From assembly GCF_001194135.2 (NCBI RefSeq), contig NC_068983.1, positions 99,826,425 to 99,890,424 on the forward strand: DNA of 64,000 bases, written 5' to 3'. Source of the stretch: Octopus bimaculoides (taxonomy: Eukaryota). The notes under the pieces are model-generated. The model was given only the letters and a program-made list of their open reading frames with translations. It was not told the origin of the DNA and did not search any database. Positions 23,638 through 36,631 of this stretch are shown here, piece by piece. Position numbers and translations under genes: made by a program. How positions within the stretch are numbered: position 1 is the first letter of the stretch; the number at the start of each line of letters is the position of its first letter.

Positions 23638-24963
23638 ACTGTATTACAGTATGCACTGACACAGCTTTTGTGAAACACATTGATGTAATCCAAAGTTTGC
23701 TTATGTATCCTACATACATTAATTGCCTCCTGTTAACTGCTAACCATATACACTCGTTGACAGATGTATCACTCTTTGAAGAATTAGACTTTTTTGTTAT
23801 ATTTTCTTTAATGAACTGGAATACCTATGATTCGAATTTCATCAAAATTGCAGATGAGGGTTCTTTCCCTCTTTAAACACCCTAAAAAAATTCTAATCAT
23901 GACACATGTATCCCATACTACTGATCTTTATGTGCAGATTCCAAAATTCCAGTCTTATGGAACCTGTTAAAAGGATTTTGCTCCTGTAAAATGGAGGTCA
24001 TGGATCTGGAAAATGTGGGAGTTAAGGCCCCTATTGGGGGTGGGTGTCTTAATGTCAACCAGAGAAGTTGAATTGTTGAGAATCTTTTTAACTTGGGTCT
24101 TATATCTATTGTTCGAATTTCTTTGAAATAGGAAATATATGTATGTTCACTGGGTTTGTAAAAGAGCAAAGCTACAGGAAACCAAAAGATGGATGATCAC
24201 AGTAAGTAGTCAGTTACCCTACCCTAGTCATTACTACTCCCCAATGTAGGATTCCTCACCATACAGGTGACAGGCACAGCCATAAGATGCATTACAGATC
24301 TATAGCAACTGGAAGGGTGTGACCCAACTGAAATAAACATTAACAACTGTGTGACGTTAAGGCTAAGGGGAAATGAAAGTGTCACTTCTGGAGTTTGCAA
24401 ATGACCACTTTACTGATAGGTAACTGGACAGAATAAATTTACAATCTATAAATGTCTTTGAATAACCAGTCACTCATCTGGGAAGGCCTTGAAATCAATG
24501 TTACCATCCAGGGACTGTGTGTGACCCAGTGATAATAAAAAGACTCAAAGGAGGTCTGCAACCAAATAACTTTACTCAACACTTTGCAACTAAATCAGTA
24601 GAAGCAAAGATGCCTCTCATTTACTTGATAATTTATGCACCAGGTCTTGCATTCAAAGGATGGTTCCCTGAAGAGAAAATTACATTTATAAAAATATCTT
24701 TTATTCTTTTGGAATAGAGTGCATGTAATTTTCGAAACATGTGTCGGAAGTAAAGGAACTTATTTAATATATGCGTTTTGCTCCATTTATTCTTTATTAT
24801 ATCAACTCAAAATACATCATTTTAACATGGAATTTCTACCTCTTAACTAGGTATAATATCCCAGTTTCTTTGTGAATTTTGCTACCCTGGTAACTATTAA
24901 CATATTTACCTTATCAAAGTTAAAGATAATATAAATACATACATAAATATATGTATATATATA

Positions 24964-25120
24964 TACGATTGATTTCTTTCAGTTTCTGTTTACAAAATCC
25001 ACTCACAAGGCTTTGATTGGTCTGAGGCTATAGCAGAAGACAAATGCTAAGTCACCACACAGTGGGACTGAGCCCAGGATCATGTGTTTTGGAACCAAGT
25101 TTCTTGCCACACCTGCACCT
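24964..25120 (-). mobile_element. SINE family A, 5' half
   Basis: aaatccactcacaaggctttg...agaagac...agtgggactgagccc. Confidence 0.75.
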
Positions 25121-25789
25121 ATGTATGGGTGTATATATGTGTACATATTACATGTACATCTATATATATATATACATACATGTCTACATATATATATATA
25201 TATATATACATACATGTCTACATATACATCTATATATATATATACATCTATACATATACATCTATACATAAGCAGCTATACATATACATGTATATATATA
25301 TATAATATATATCATATATATGTATGTATGCCTGTATATATGTGAGATAATAGTTTCAGTAATAAAGTGAAAATATCTGACATTACAATAGAGATGTTAT
25401 TGTTTCACTTTTGACACTTAATACTGAAATAGTGAAGGATATATGATATTGCTCTGGGCTCGCACTAGGCAAGAAGTTATACTTTTTTTGGCCTATGACA
25501 CTACATGGACCCTAAGTAAGGCATGTGTAAAATTTGAATGAAATTGGTTGTGTAGTTCTCAAGTTTTAGGGATTCACACAGACAGACACATTCTCATCTT
25601 TATATATATATATATATATAGGTACAATTATTACAGCAAAGAAATACTTGTACTTCAGTAGTTTCCCTACATATCAACACACAACTAAACCTTCAAAGTC
25701 CCCAAACATGCAAGGCCTCATAATTCTTGATGATTTCACACATTTTAACATTACCAAGATGAAGCTGCTTCTTGAGGACCTTAAAAAAA

Positions 25790-26000
25790 TTACTCTGTTC
25801 TGATCAATTACTGGTTGTCTTCAAAGCTCGGGTGTAACCTACATTAGAATACTTCTCACATCTATGGGACTACTGTACTACATTCCCTAATATCCAGACA
25901 ATTTACAACATGCTTCATCTACTAACTCACATATTTCCTTTCTCTGCTACTACAATGGTCTTTGTTCCTCCAAACAAGCAAGCTGCATACTACTTGGCTC
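25790..26000 (+). mobile_element. CR1/L2-superfamily LINE C-terminal fragment
   Basis: VFKARV*PTLEYFSHLW (cf. YKAQVRP.LEYCSHIW); YYNGLCS. Confidence 0.55.
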
Positions 26001-26789
26001 TATCCACATGATGCATTTGTCTCTCAACTTACAAGTATTAATCATGTTTTAGTCATTCTTTCACAAAAAAGCAAGCCTCTGGGATATCCTCCATATCTGT
26101 TTTCCTACAAAATTTCCAACTGAATGCCTGTCTTATCAGTCTACAAAGGTCATGGGTGCTGCCTCTCCTATCTGGATTCAGTAATCATTTAAAAATGTTT
26201 CCTAATCTTTGCCAAGTGGTACATTCCTCACCTAGGAGAGATCTGGTTGTAAAGTCCATCTTGTTTTCTTTTCTGTTAAGTACAATATCTGTCATGCCCA
26301 ACTAAATAATATATGGCTATCTTGATTAGTGACTTCCAGAAGTTTATGTTGTATATAGTTAGATCATTTGCATTGCAAAACTCCAGAATCTTTTAAATCT
26401 GTTTTCATTTCTTGTATTGTATTCATGGCTTTCTTGAAAACTAGAGTATCAATCCTAGTTACGACCATTGAAATTGCCAGCTGTGATGATTGTGATATTT
26501 CTGTCATTGATTTTGAAAGTAACTTTCACAATTTATTATTAATAAATTTCTTTTAACTGAGCGCATGGCCTATTTTGGTAGGTAAAAGTATATAATTGAG
26601 TGAATTGATTCAAATATATGAGACATTGTCAGAAAGTTTTTGGATTGTTCTTGCCATCATTATACTATTTAACAGAAACACTCATACAGCTGTTGATCAT
26701 TTGTGGCCAGTCTTCGAGTAGGCTTTGTGTTGTCTACTAATGTTGTTATTATGTGAAGTTTTGTTGTAATGTTGTGTTCTGTGGTTTTT

Positions 26790-27260
26790 ACAATGACTGA
26801 ACATTTTGAACAACATGGTTTACTTCAAATATTGTCTGAAACTTGGTAAATCTACCAAGATCTTGAAATATTTGGTATATATTAAGATGAATACATGGCA
26901 CATGTTTCAAGGTTGGTCAGGTGTTGGTTCAAGATGATGCATGCTCAGAGTGACAATTCACTTGCAAGACACTAGAAAATGTAGAAAAATATGCATGAAG
27001 ACTCTCACCAAACAAATGCCAACATCTCTCACATGATTGAAATCAGTTATGGAGTTTGTCAGGCTATTCTTGTGGAAAACCTGAATATGTGTCACATTGC
27101 TGTGTGGTATGCCTGCTGGCTCTTGTGTCTAACCTATACCCTTGTGATTTTTGCCTTTTCTCAAAATGAAATCGACACTGAAGAGTGCACTACTTAAAGA
27201 TGATGGATGAAATTCAAGAGAATTTGCAGTTGGACTGCCTTCTGCACTGGGATCCCTTTA
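26790..27260 (+). mobile_element. mariner transposase remnant, internally deleted
   Basis: KYCLKLGKST, ISHMIEISYGVCQAILVENLNM and PCDFCLFSKMKSTLK motifs. Confidence 0.7.
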
Positions 27261-29577
27261 TTTCCAAGAGGGCTATTTTCAAGGGTTTATTGTCTAAATA
27301 CATATACACGAAATACAGACTTACTGTGGTGTACCTTTTTTAGTCCTGGTCTTGTAACTTTTGATATTTGTCTTTTCTCTCAGTGTATTCATGTATATCT
27401 ACAATGCAGTATCTCATCAGGCATCTTGACCCTGTGCCATCTCATCTCTGATGTGTAACATTTTCAGATCAAATCTGTTTCCATATTTCTTTTAATCTAC
27501 CTCTGTCATTTGTACTTCTTATCACCAACTTTCAGAATTATTCAGCCAGGATATCACATGTCCAAACCAGTGCTGTTGTTTCTATTGCTGATGTCTTTAA
27601 TAGTTAAACACCTTCTTCATGACATAAATTTGCCCTTTCTTTGACTCTGCACATCCAGTGTATTGTTATATCCCATAAGTTTATCTTTAATCATTATAAG
27701 TACTCAATATTCATTACCTATGTTTCATTGTTGTATAGCATCACATTTTACATATAATTCTTATAGTTTTCTCTTTTGTTTGGAAAGATACTCTTTGGCT
27801 TTTCTATATAGGTATTTACAAAATGTCTCCCATCTCTTGTGGACATAGCCATTATGTTATCACTCAAAATCACTGCAGAACTAAATTACATCACCTACAC
27901 AGCAAAGCTTTCCTCTACTAGTAGTGAACATTCACAATTGTTTATGCTGTTCATACTTTCCTAGTGCATTCTCCAGTCAACCTGTTAGAGATCCCTATAC
28001 ACTTTTTTCGTGGTATTGATTTTTGTTGTCCTTTTACTAACTACTATCTAGTCAAATTACTATATTTCTCCATTCCAAGTACTAAATGTTTTATGCAATT
28101 CTTGGATTGGTACTACCATGGGAACAACAAATATCCTGTTTTAATCTCATTCATGATGGCCTCAAATTCAAAACAAGACAGCTAACAATGATGTGAATTT
28201 GTACACTAAATTTACCATTGACCTTACTCTTGATTGTAATATCTTTTTACTTAACCTATCTCTCATAAACAATTATTCATCTCTTAATTTTTCATTTCCT
28301 ACCAAATACAGATCCTGTTCTTGCTATTTTTTCTCTGGAAAAATAGTATCTGTTGTTACATCCTAGTACAAACCCACACTATATTGTATCCGTCTTTGCT
28401 ATTTTATTGATTCCATCCAAGATAAGCTGCTAGGTCCCTCCAATCAAAATGAATTACCACTAAAGCTTTATTCCTATTACAACTCTTTCTATTTCCTTGA
28501 TAATTTGATCCATTAAAGTGTTGTACTTATAAATTCTCTCTTCCTTGGTACATCTTCAGTACATATGTGTAAGAGTTGGCAATAGTTTTGCTGTGATAGT
28601 TGTTAAGGATATCAGGTTCCTTCACAATCAAAGTATTTTAAGAACTAAATACTTTAAAAAGTATTACACTGACTCTTCCTGCTGCTTTTAACATCTATTA
28701 TATTTCTATACACTAACATGAAAACACTAATCAAAGTTAAATTGTGAATACCAGTGAGCTGAAATATATTAGTTGATATGCTAAGTTTTGAGGGTTTCAC
28801 AATAAATAAAGAGTCAGACAATAAATTCTGTAGCAATAGAAAAAAAAATGTAATAACTATTTGTGGTATTGATATGTAGTATAACCACATCCCAGAGAGT
28901 CAATAACTTAGGCCATAAATCTCTGAATCCAGATTGGCAACCATTAAGAGATTTATAAAACTATATTGATCAAGTGATTTTGCAAACAAAAAAGTATCTG
29001 TTCAATAAGGTTTGGACCGGTTTTGATTGGAACATTACATTTATTCAACAAGCAATAAAGGAGGTCAACAAAATGTTTTGTTCTGATCATAGATTTTACA
29101 AAATTCACTTTTCTAAGAGAACTCTTGATACTGATTCTGAGTCTGACTTAAGTTTGTTTTTTTTTACCTCACCACATCCCATTTTTAGATACAAGCATTT
29201 TTAGGTAACATAATAAGGACCATATATATAAATAAAATATACATACCTACACAAACACATAAATATATATATAGTAAGATAAACAGGATAATGTTGTTAG
29301 TAGGAGAGATTAGGAAAGACAAAGAAGATAAAAGATAAAGGCAGTAATATACAAGAAAATATGTTTTCTATAATAGGTTTTTGGATATAAAAGTAGGTAG
29401 ATAGATTGACAGATAAATAGCTTACCCTACAAAAGACATGTAACCTAGAATGAGTCTTGTTGCTGGGTGTTATAGTTTATTTTGTTGTGAGCGCTTTCGA
29501 ATCAAAGATTCTTTAGACTTTTTTTTATTTCCTTAATTTCTTTAATGTTAGTTTGTACTGATTAATACGCTTGGAAG

Positions 29578-29656
29578 CAGTAAATGTGTTTCCTAATGAA
29601 GTGTGCCTCTGTACTACTGAGGTTGACAGTATTCATCCCTACTCACAAGTATTCAG
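29578..29656 (+). CDS. Weak candidate exon (AVNVFPNEVCLCTTEVDSIHPYSQVFR)
   Basis: NAGNAG acceptor after a T-rich tract, ag|gtggaa donor, stop-free. Confidence 0.25.
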
Positions 29657-29864
29657 GTGGAAAAATTCCCTTTACAGTGTTGGCAGTATTGAAACATCTA
29701 ACTGTCTACTTTTATATGCAAAAACCTATTATAGAAAACTTTATACTTTTTTGTACTTTACTGGCTTTTATTGTCTTTCCTAACCTCTCCTACTAACGGC
29801 ATTATCCTGTTATCCTGCTACATTCTATCCATGTTTCCTGAGATATGTCAACACATTTTATTTA

Positions 29865-30463
29865 TGACCGAGACCTTTGGAAATATGCTGTGCGTGAGAA
29901 GACCCAGCAAGCCAAGTGAGACCTAAATCCAAGGCCTCTGCCAGGGGTGTAGCCAGCCCACTTATGCGTACCTTTCCTTCATTGGACACTAAACTCCGCT
30001 TGCGAAGACCTGTTGAGGCAAGTGAAATCGAAATCGAACTAAATTCAACGACTGGCACCCATGCCAATGTCGTCTCCTTCATTGGACATATAACTCGGCT
30101 TGCAAAGACCTGTTGGGGCAAGCAAAAGCGAAATCAGGATGGCACCTGTGCCCAGCGTCACCTTCCTGGCACATGTAAAGACATTCGAGTGAGATCGTTG
30201 CCAGTGCCGCTGGACTGGCCATCGCGTCGGTGGCACGTAAAAGCACCCACTACACTCTCGGAGTGGTTGGTGTTAGGAAGGGCATCCAACTGTAGAAACT
30301 CTGCCAGNNNNNNNNNNAGTGGTTGGTGTTAGGAAGGGCATCCAACTGTAGAAACTCTGCCAGATCAGATTGGAGCCTGGTGCAGCCATCTGGTTCACCA
30401 GTCCTCAGTCAAATCGTCCAAGCCATGCTAGCATGGAAAGCGGACGTTAAACGACGATGATGA
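29865..30463 (+). mobile_element. RTE LINE 3' end (last codons DRDLWKYAVREKTQQAK* plus 3' UTR)
   Basis: Aligns with 59031-59940 on the minus strand; (GAT)n tail. Confidence 0.9.
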
Positions 30464-30467
30464 TATA

Positions 30468-31941
30468 CATTGCATTTCAAATTATTAACGATGTAATATT
30501 TTTTTATCTTAATTAAAAACTACTTGTTGGAATTCAACGAAATTTCCACAGAAGGATGGCAACAGTTATATGTGTTTGGTGTGCAAAAAGTATGAGGTTT
30601 TGCACAAGTGTAAACGAACTGCAGCCATTTGCATGATTTCCACAAACTTTCAGTGCTCCAAATTATTAACAAGTGGTTTGATAATCGTGTAATTATGGGT
30701 TGTAAATGTGACTTAACTGCTTCAGAGAAATCTCTTATTACTTCTGAACTTGCAAAAGATAAATCAATATTAGAAATATCTAAAATAATTGGAAGATATC
30801 ACCAATCTGTGAAACATTTTGTTACAGCCCCTACAAAGATATGTAAGAGAGCTGACAAGGGTGAGTTGAGGGCTATTTCTCAATGTTCTCTGTCTCAATT
30901 TTAGCGTGAAGCTGTAAAGAAGCCAGGTCTAACAAGTAGAGAACTTTTCAAGTGCATTGGCGAAACAACTGTGTCCAGAACTAACCGATGTCTTCTGAAA
31001 AAGGCTGGTAACATCAGTTAAAAGGTCTCCTTTAAACAAAATACACATGCAAAATCATCTGAAATGGACAGAAGATAACATGAAGGTTGACTTTTCAAAG
31101 GTTTTGTTTATGGACAAAACTCGTGCTACCCTTGATGGACCTGATGGTTGAGCAAGGGATGGGTTGTAAATCAACAAGATCATCACCAACAAGAGGGAGG
31201 AGGTATCATAGTTTGGGTAGGATTATTGGAGGTATCATGGTTGGTCCTTGGAAAGTGCCTGACTGTTAAAATGAACGCGGATGCTTACATTACCTTTCTA
31301 AGGGTAGCACCTTGAACCTTGGTTAAAAATGCAAAGGATCACCTTCAAGACAACCATAATATTCATGCAAGATAATGCGTCTTCACACTCAGCGAAGAAA
31401 ACTACAGAGTATCTGCAACAATTAGGTTTCTGTGAACCTTAGAAAATGAAGTGGCCTGCCTGTTCCCCAGATTTAAAAACAAAAGAAAATCTTGTGGAGT
31501 ATTCTAAAAGAATGAGAATGGGCGCCAATTTAGGAGCGAGAATGAACTGTGGCAGGCAATAGTGGATGTATCACGTGGTATGACGTCAAAGGAGATCCAG
31601 AAATTAGCATGTTCCATGGACCTGTGCCTTTTCCAACTTATTTCAAACAAAGGCTCATATATCCCTTACTAACCAGCTCATCTATCATTTTTTAACACTA
31701 TATTTGTTTATTTCTATTTTTTGCACGTTGATGACTATATGTGTTCATTTCAGTATGTACATCACACAAATTGATACTTTCTTGTTTACATGAGTTTTAA
31801 TAATTTGAAACAGTGAAAATTAACATAAATTTGGTAAATGGCCATAGTTTCTATGTTGTTTTACAAAACCTCACACCATGTGCATATAACTGTTGCCATC
31901 ATTCTATGAAAATTTAGTTGAATTCTAACAAGTGGTTTTTA
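30468..31941 (+). mobile_element. Tc1-family DNA transposon with a pseudogenised transposase and long TIRs
   Basis: MGCKCDLTASEKSLI HTH, FMDKTRATLDGPDG, FMQDNASSHS, WPACSPDL; 30514-30607 is inverted at 31860-31941. Confidence 0.85.
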
Positions 31942-32412
31942 GGTAGATGGCCCTGCTCAATCTGTAGAAAAGGCATAGGTAGAAACTCATTAAGATGTAC
32001 CCAGTGTAAGCTATGGACACATAAGAGGTGCAGCAATATCAAAGGAAGGCTAACTGGGAAGATAGCTTTTGTATGTGGCAAATGCTTGGGTGCTATAAAC
32101 ACTGAAAATGTGCAGAGAACAGATTCTGTCACATTCCAGACAGATAGATAGATATTGACACAAAGCCACTTCCCTTGGTATTATTTCTACTCAAAGTTAA
32201 AGACTCCTTGTCTTACTAGTTACTTGGTGACCATGCTAGTGCTGGTGCCACATAAAAAGCAACTAGTACACTGTAAAATGGTTGGCATCCAGCTGTAGAA
32301 ACCCTGCCAAATCAGACAATAGACTTAGGCTCAGTACTCTGACTTGCCAGCTCCTTTCAAACCATCCCTCCATGCCAGCATGGAAAATGGCTGTTAAATG
32401 ATGATGATGATG
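31942..32412 (+). mobile_element. RTE-type LINE fragment: C4HC3-like zinc finger joined to an RTE-type tail
   Basis: RWPCSICRKGIGRNSLRCTQCKLWTHKRCSNIKGRL...FVCGKC; ends tggaaaatggctgttaaatgatgatg. Confidence 0.7.
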
Positions 32413-32772
32413 GATGTATATATGTAATGGAAGACCTCTGGCTGAATGCACAACTATAGCCAGAGTTAGGAATTGAAGGAGAGAGATAGTGCATTTACCC
32501 GTGACCTCTAACTCTCAACCATGCCTTAATCAATTTAGGGATAAAGTACTTAGAGTATTAATTCACTTTTTAATGAGGAAATTAAAAAAAAAGGGTACTG
32601 AGATGTTACCATTAGCAAAAGTTAGATGAACAGAATGTTTATAATTAGTTGCTATGTCACACTTTCAATTTTACTGGTGATTGTAATAATGACTTTGTTG
32701 ATATTAATGGTCATGAAGCAAATTATGACTAATATTTTAACCATCTTTATAATTATATACTAAGATACTGGT

Positions 32773-33146
32773 ACAGGCATTGTGTAGTAAGAAGTTTGCT
32801 TTCCAACCACATGGTTCCAGGTTCAGTCCCACTGCATGGAACCATGGGAAAGTGTCTTCTATAATTCTGGACTGACCAAACGTTGTGAGTACATTTGGTA
32901 GATGGAAACTGAAAGAAACCTGTGTGTGTGTCTTCATCTTTTTGGTTTTCCCCCCACATTCACTCGACAACCAATGTTGGTTTGTTTACATCCCTCTAAT
33001 TTAGTGGCTGAGCAGAAGATACCAATAAAATAAGTACCAGGCTTTAAAAAGAAAAACACAAGTACTGGAATTGATTTGTTTGACTAAACCCTTCAAGACG
33101 ATGCCCCAGTATGGCCACAGTCTTATGACTGAAACAAGTGGAAGAT
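32773..33146 (+). mobile_element. SINE family A, near full length
   Basis: Homologous along its length to 2686-3067. Confidence 0.8.
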
Positions 33147-33387
33147 AATTAAGATAAATATATTAAAAAAACAATGTGGCAATATTTCATCTAAGTTATA
33201 AATAAGTTATAAACATGTCTGTTGGCATTAAATAGACACTTATTTTGTTTTTCATTCTGAACAAAATCTATTGCTACTATTTACATAATACAAAATATTG
33301 CTTTTTCAAAAAACTGCCTACCATAACATCAATTCACTCTGGGGTGACTTTTTCAAATTTATCAAAATTCATTATAAAATGCTGACA

Positions 33388-33548
33388 ATTCAAATGATCA
33401 TATTTTGTGCAATGAGGAAATTTGGAATTCAAGGAAACTGGTAAAGGTCTGTGTCAGCATACATATTGTTGATATGTATTTTATCAGACTTTTATCAGTT
33501 TCCTTTGCATTCCAAATTTCCTCATCATACAAAATATGACCATTTAAA
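33388..33548. repeat. 160-bp fold-back (near-perfect palindrome), MITE-like
   Basis: atgatcatattttgtgcaatgaggaaatttggaattcaaggaaactggtaaaggtctg pairs with the reverse complement of 33485-33542; inner atacatat/atatgtat stem. Confidence 0.8.
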
Positions 33549-33738
33549 TCGTTGATAACAAATCACAAAGAATGTTTGTGAATGAATTCATTTGTATGAG
33601 ATTGATTAGACATAATAGCAAGGTTATCATGACTAGTTATCTATGGATAGCTACCTATTAAATGCCAATTTAAATCAATAAAAAAAGATTGAATTATTCA
33701 TATTAAAAGACTATATATAGAATTTTCATTATTTAATA

Positions 33739-33955
33739 TGCAAGCATGGCTGTGTTTTAAGAAGTTTGCTTCCCAACCACATGGTTACAGGTTCACTCCA
33801 CTGCTACTATAATCCAGGGCTATACCAGAAGACACTCTCCCAAGGGCCCTCTGCATGGCACCCAGGGCAAATGTCTTTTACATTGATTGCCCTGGGCCAA
33901 TCAATGCCATATGAGTGGATTCAGTAAACGTAAACTGAAAGAAGGCCATTATAGA
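33739..33955 (+). mobile_element. SINE family A 5' half with an internal inverted segment
   Basis: Head gcatggctgtg...ggttcactcc; 33825-33850 is the reverse complement of the CORE-like segment that follows it. Confidence 0.55.
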
Positions 33956-33959
33956 TATA

Positions 33960-34200
33960 TATTAGTGTCTGTTCCATTGCCATGGCTTCCTGTGATAATT
34001 GTAAACAAGTGTTGCCATTATATATGCAATGTCCTTTGTTTCCAATGTCTGGATACAGGGAAATAATACTACCTTGCCTGGAAACAGATGAAGGTTGACA
34101 ACAGGAAGGGTATCTAGCCATAGAGAAATCTGTCTCAACAAATTCCATCCAAGTCATAGGAGCATGAAAAAGTGGATATTAAAACGATAATTATGATGGT
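33960..34200 (+). mobile_element. Non-coding repeat family E with an RTE-like tail
   Basis: Ends gcatgaaaaagtggatattaaaacgataattatgatg; reversed homologs at 41765-42010, 45225-45460 and 49445-49690. Confidence 0.55.
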
Positions 34201-34289
34201 GTAGTGGACAAAAGGCTTATAAGCCTAATTCAAAATCACAAAGTAAGTTTGAATCTAAAACCAAAGGGTTAGAATGCAATTTCATAACT

Positions 34290-35519
34290 GTGGCTGCAGT
34301 ATGCTGTCTGAGTGACTCGGAGTTGAGGAGACTGCATACCATGCATCACATGGGAGTGGACAGGACATTGTTCCTAGCCAGGAAAATCGACTCCGAGGTA
34401 ACGAGGCGGAGCGTGCAGAGAGTGGTTAGCAGCTGTGACAGGTGCCAGTCTATTGACCCTGCTCCGGGCGTACATGAGGCGGGAAGTATTCCAGTGGCCC
34501 ACAACTGGAAACGACTGGCAGTGGACGTAACACACTACCGGCAGGGGATGTACCTCTCAATGGTTGACTGCGGACCGGGGCGGATGGCCATATGGAGGNN
34601 NNNNNNNNNNNNNNNNNNNNNNNNNNNNNNNNNNNNNNNNNNNNNNNNNNNNNNNNNNNNNNNNNNNNNNNNNNNNNNNNNNNNNNNNNNNNNNNNNNNN
34701 NNNNNNNNNNNNNNNNNNNNNNNNNNNNNNNNNNNNNNNNNNNNNNNNNNNNNNNNNNNNNNNNNNNNNNNNNNNNNNNNNNNNNNNNNNNNNNNNNNNN
34801 NNNNNNNNNNNNNNNNNNNNNNNNNNNNNNNNNNNNNNNNNNNNNNNNNNNNNNNNNNNNNNNNNNNNNNNNNNNNNNNNNNNNNNNNNNNNNNNNNNNN
34901 NNNNNNNNNNNNNNNNNNNNNNNNNNNNNNNNNNNNNNNNNNNNNNNNNNNNNNNNNNNNNNNNNNNNNNNNNNNNNNNNNNNNNNNNNNNNNNNNNNNN
35001 NNNNNNNNNNNNNNNNNNNNNNNNNNNNNNNNNNNNNNNNNNNNNNNNNNNNNNNNNNNNNNNNNNNNNNNNNNNNNNNNNNNNNNNNNNNNNNNNNNNN
35101 NNNNNNNNNNNNNNNNNNNNNNNNNNNNNNNNNNNNNNGTGCCACACAGGGCAATATTCAGGTACGATTGGAGGCACCCGTGTATTGCATCAATGCGACT
35201 CCGGGGAGAAGAAGAGCACACCTTCGTGCAGATCGGGGAAGAAGTTTGGGTAAAACCCCCAAATACACGGTGCACATCACAATGGGGGAAAGGAACTATA
35301 ACCTCCATCAATTCAAAGAACAACGCCTCAGTCGATGGTATGCCATGCCATGTTTTGGATGTGTGGAAGATTGTCAGTGCTTCAGATGATGAAGACAGCA
35401 GCAGTAGGCAAGATGATGAAGGCAGCGCGCCAGGAACTCAGGCCATTCCCGGGGTCACACAGCGACCACAGAGGGAGCGGCACCCTCCTCCCTGGTTGGC
35501 TGATTATGAAACCAATTAA
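34290..35519 (+). mobile_element. Gypsy/Ty3 LTR retrotransposon integrase region, 5'-truncated and gapped
   Basis: H2C2 zinc finger (LHTMHHMGVDRT...CDRC), first catalytic D in WKRLAVDVTHY, MVDCGPGR; GC-rich relative to the flanks. Confidence 0.85.
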
Positions 35520-35582
35520 GGTAGTTTAGGAGCGAGGAATGAGTGGGAGTGCCGGTTGAATGATCTATAGATCAGGGGGGCG

Positions 35583-35905
35583 TGTGGTGTTATGGGCTGT
35601 GATGAGCTGTATGTTGTTGGTGGAGAGAGGTGAGGNNNNNNNNNNATGGGCTGTGATGAGCTGTATGTTGTTGGTGGAGAGAGGTGAGGCAAACAGAAGT
35701 GAAGCCAGACCAGAAGGGCCAGACCGGAAGTCGGGCATACGCGGTCGAAGGCTAGCACGTGGGTCAGTCAGAAAACAGAGAGGTTACGAGAAAGACGTGT
35801 TTTGATCAGGAGCGATTGTGTACTCCGCTGCGGTCGACAAGGTAAGGTCCAACGTTTCATTCTGTCCTTTTGCTTCTTGTTGTCTTTTTCCTCCATCACA
35901 CCACA
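35583..35905 (+). mobile_element. 3' LTR of the Gypsy element
   Basis: Preceded by the polypurine tract atcaggggggcg; starts TGTGGTG and ends CACCACA (perfect 7-bp inverted termini). Confidence 0.8.
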
Positions 35906-36578
35906 ATAAATTTACATTAAATTTTATTAAAGGAAATATATCTTGTAGAGCCCACTTTGGGAAATACNNNNNNNNNNNNNNNNNNNNNNNNNNNNNNNNN
36001 NNNNNNNNNNNNNNNNNNNNNNNNNNNNNNNNNNNNNNNNNNNNNNNNNNNNNNNNNNNNNNNNNNNNNNNNNNNNNNNNNNNNNNNNNNNNNNNNNNNN
36101 NNNNNNNNNNNNNNNNNNNNNNNNNNNNNNNNNNNNNNNNNNNNNNNNNNNNNNNNNNNNNNNNNNNNNNNNNNNNNNNNNNNNNNNNNNNNNNNNNNNN
36201 NNNNNNNNNNNNNNNNNNNNNNNNNNNNNNNNNNNNNNNNNNNNNNNNNNNNNNNNNNNNNNNNNNNNNNNNNNNNNNNNNNNNNNNNNNNNNNNNNNNN
36301 NNNNNNNNNNNNNNNNNNNNNNNNNNNNNNNNNNNNNNNNNNNNNNNNNNNNNNNNNNNNNNNNNNNNNNNNNNNNNNNNNNNNNNNNNNNNNNNNNNNN
36401 NNNNNNNNNNNNNNNNNNNNNNNNNNNNNNNNNNNNNNNNNNNNNNNNNNNNNNNNNNNNNNNNNNNNNNNNNNNNNNNNNNNNNNNNNNNNNNNNNNNN
36501 NNNNNNNNNNNNNNNNNNNNNNNNNNNNNNNNNNNNNNNNNNNNNNNNNNNNNNNNNNNNNNNNNNNNNNNNNNNNNN

Positions 36579-36631
<53 letters not shown>

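Noticed and set aside
30260-30362. Short tandem duplications around tiny N gaps (also 35590-35690 and 59125-59225)
   Set aside because: Overlapping contig ends joined with a nominal gap; assembly artefact.
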